64,000 nt of DNA from Planctomycetota bacterium (GTDB lineage: Bacteria; Planctomycetota; UBA1135). Numbering within the stretch: position 1 is the first letter of the stretch; every line of letters starts with the position of its first letter. Shown here in pieces: positions 62,611 to 64,000 of the stretch. The notes beneath the pieces were generated by a model. It was not told the DNA's origin. It did not search any database and was given only the letters and a program-made list of their open reading frames with translations. Location of the stretch: NCBI GenBank assembly GCA_021776925.1, contig JAJFFB010000043.1, positions 38,630 to 102,629 on the forward strand, in the 5' to 3' direction. The position numbers and the translations under genes were made by a program.

Positions 62611-63638
62611 GAAGAGGAATGGGGGCTGCAGTCCAGCAGGGCCCGGCGGCACAGAACCCGGGCCATCTTGCGCCGGTAGGACGGCGACATCGAGGTGTTC
62701 TTCATCGGTTGGACCAGGCTCTCGAGTAAAGCCCCGGCACGATCGGCCAGATCCTGATCGAGAAGCTGGCCTTGCAGCAGCTCGACAACTTCGGGATGAA
62801 GCAGCGGTACCGAGGCGTAGGCGGTGGTGGCGATGCGTGCCGCGGCGATCACCCCTGGATTTCCGGATTCCCACTGCAAGCCCACGGCAACCCCTCCTTC
62901 GGGGAAGTCGAAGGTTTGGCGAAGCCTGAGTTTGCGGTAGTTCACCCGCCAGTCCTCGGCGTCTGCCGGCATTTCCACCGCGACCATCAATTCGGCGCGG
63001 CGTCGCTCGGCGAAGCGGCGGATCCCGTCGCCGGCAAAATACTCCGCCAAGGGCACGCGGCGCTCGCCGTCGGGGCCGTGCAAACGCGCCACTGCGCCAT
63101 AGGCGATCAGGACCGGAGCGAGGTCGCCGCAATAAGCAGCCACACAGACGTCTCCGGGATCGGGCAGGACTCTGCACTGATCCGCCTCGGCCTTGAGACA
63201 GGAGCGGTGCGCAGCGCGCCATTCGGCGGTCTGGTTGAAATGCCAGCAACGCGTGTCCAGATGCAGGTTGCCGCCCAGAGTGGCGCTGCGCCGGATCAAC
63301 GGCGACGCCACCAGCGCAGCGGTGCTGGCCAGCGCCGGATAGCGCCGCTGGATCTCGGCGTCGTTTTCGAGCTGCCACAGAGTGCGCCCGGCGGCCAGCG
63401 AACCCGCCACATCGGACTGCAGCTCGGCCACCCCGCGCAGCGCGATCACCACCGGCCGCTGGTTGATGCGCCACTTGTAGTTGCACAGCAGGTCGGTGCC
63501 CCCGCCAAGCCAGTCGTAGCCCTGTTCCGGTGCTGACGGCGCATGGCTGCCGTCTGGCGGCCGCGACGCTTCTTGAGCAGCGGTGATCGCTTCCTGCAGC
63601 GTGGCAGGCTGGCGCAGAATGAAATCAGGAACCTGCAC
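62607..63638 (-). CDS. xanthine dehydrogenase-family FAD-binding subunit (CoxM/XdhB-like)
   Basis: 343 aa. FAD-binding PCMH pattern (WLGGGTDLL, ASPLIRRSATLGGNL, AAYCGDLAPVLIAYGA). Overlaps the large-subunit stop by 14 nt. Confidence 0.85.
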   Translation of the reverse strand: MQVPDFILRQPATLQEAITAAQEASRPPDGSHAPSAPEQGYDWLGGGTDLLCNYKWRINQRPVVIALRGVAELQSDVAGSLAAGRTLWQLENDAEIQRRYPALASTAALVASPLIRRSATLGGNLHLDTRCWHFNQTAEWRAAHRSCLKAEADQCRVLPDPGDVCVAAYCGDLAPVLIAYGAVARLHGPDGERRVPLAEYFAGDGIRRFAERRRAELMVAVEMPADAEDWRVNYRKLRLRQTFDFPEGGVAVGLQWESGNPGVIAAARIATTAYASVPLLHPEVVELLQGQLLDQDLADRAGALLESLVQPMKNTSMSPSYRRKMARVLCRRALLDCSPHSSS

Positions 63639-64000
63639 GAAGCTTCTCCTCGGCGCGACGTTTCTTTTCCAGCGCCTTGAAGACGCGCTCGGGGGTCATC
63701 GGCACCTCGTGCATGCGCACGCCGACGGCGTCATGGATGGCGTTGGCGACCGCGGGAATGATCGGCGCCAGCGCGCCTTCGCCGCACTCCTTGGCACCGA
63801 GCGGACCTTCGGGATCATTGGATTCAACGACGATGGCTTCGATCTCGGGCGTGTCCGGCGGCGCCGGGATCTTGTAGTCGAGCAAGGAGCCGTTTTGCAA
63901 TTGCCCGTTGTTGAGGAACACCAGCTGTTCGCTGAGCGCCTGGCCCAGCCCCATGTGCACCGAACCTTCGATCTGTCCCTCGACCGCCAGCCGGTTCAAT
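63625..64000 (-). CDS. xanthine dehydrogenase-family molybdopterin-binding subunit, C-terminal part (continues past right edge)
   Basis: The C-terminal 124 aa match Mo-hydroxylase large subunits (GQIEGSVHMGLGQAL, LDYKIP, PLGAKECGEGALAPIIPAVANAI). The frame is open to the window edge. Confidence 0.88.
   Translation of the reverse strand, partial: LNRLAVEGQIEGSVHMGLGQALSEQLVFLNNGQLQNGSLLDYKIPAPPDTPEIEAIVVESNDPEGPLGAKECGEGALAPIIPAVANAIHDAVGVRMHEVPMTPERVFKALEKKRRAEEKLRAGS

Overview
High-G+C bacterial chromosomal window, roughly two-thirds G+C by eye. All six frames carry long spurious ORFs, so calls rest on recognisable protein families, conserved motifs, internal start choice and stop/start overlaps. 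No database search was possible.

Layout:
- (1) 1-12.4 kb is one co-directional minus-strand block: atpZ-like, atpI-like, atpBEFHAGDC, then aspS, infC-rpmI-rplT, pheS-pheT.
- (2) 12.6-35.9 kb is mostly housekeeping: ndk, a TPR lipoprotein, an ECF sigma / anti-sigma / HtrA-like operon, accA, a purS-purS-purL fusion plus purQ, purD-fur, a PAS histidine kinase, a sigma54 response regulator, pepN, two aminotransferases, an MA-type peptidase and a PD40-repeat protein.
- (3) 35.9-51.6 kb looks accessory and is bounded by two inverted copies of a ~150-bp structured repeat. It holds a ~50% G+C islet with a Cys-rich gene, a GIY-YIG gene without a canonical start, a PDZ protein, a secreted GH13 enzyme, an antisense tRNA-Arg(UCU) and four tightly coupled paralogs of a secreted multi-module protein family. 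An NHL / PSCyt-DUF1553 / DUF1501 operon reads into the paralogs.
- (4) 51.6-64 kb holds an MFS transporter, tRNA-His, tRNA-Leu and a moeB-like / cysteine desulfurase-like / mocA-like / large helical-repeat operon. It also holds a fifth paralog, plus a membrane-anchored multi-beta-sandwich protein translationally coupled to XDH-family FAD and Mo subunits.

I recognised no rRNA, CRISPR array, transposase or integrase.

The most unusual content is the paralog family with a shared C-terminal ~100-aa module, together with the inverted 150-bp repeat pair that frames it.
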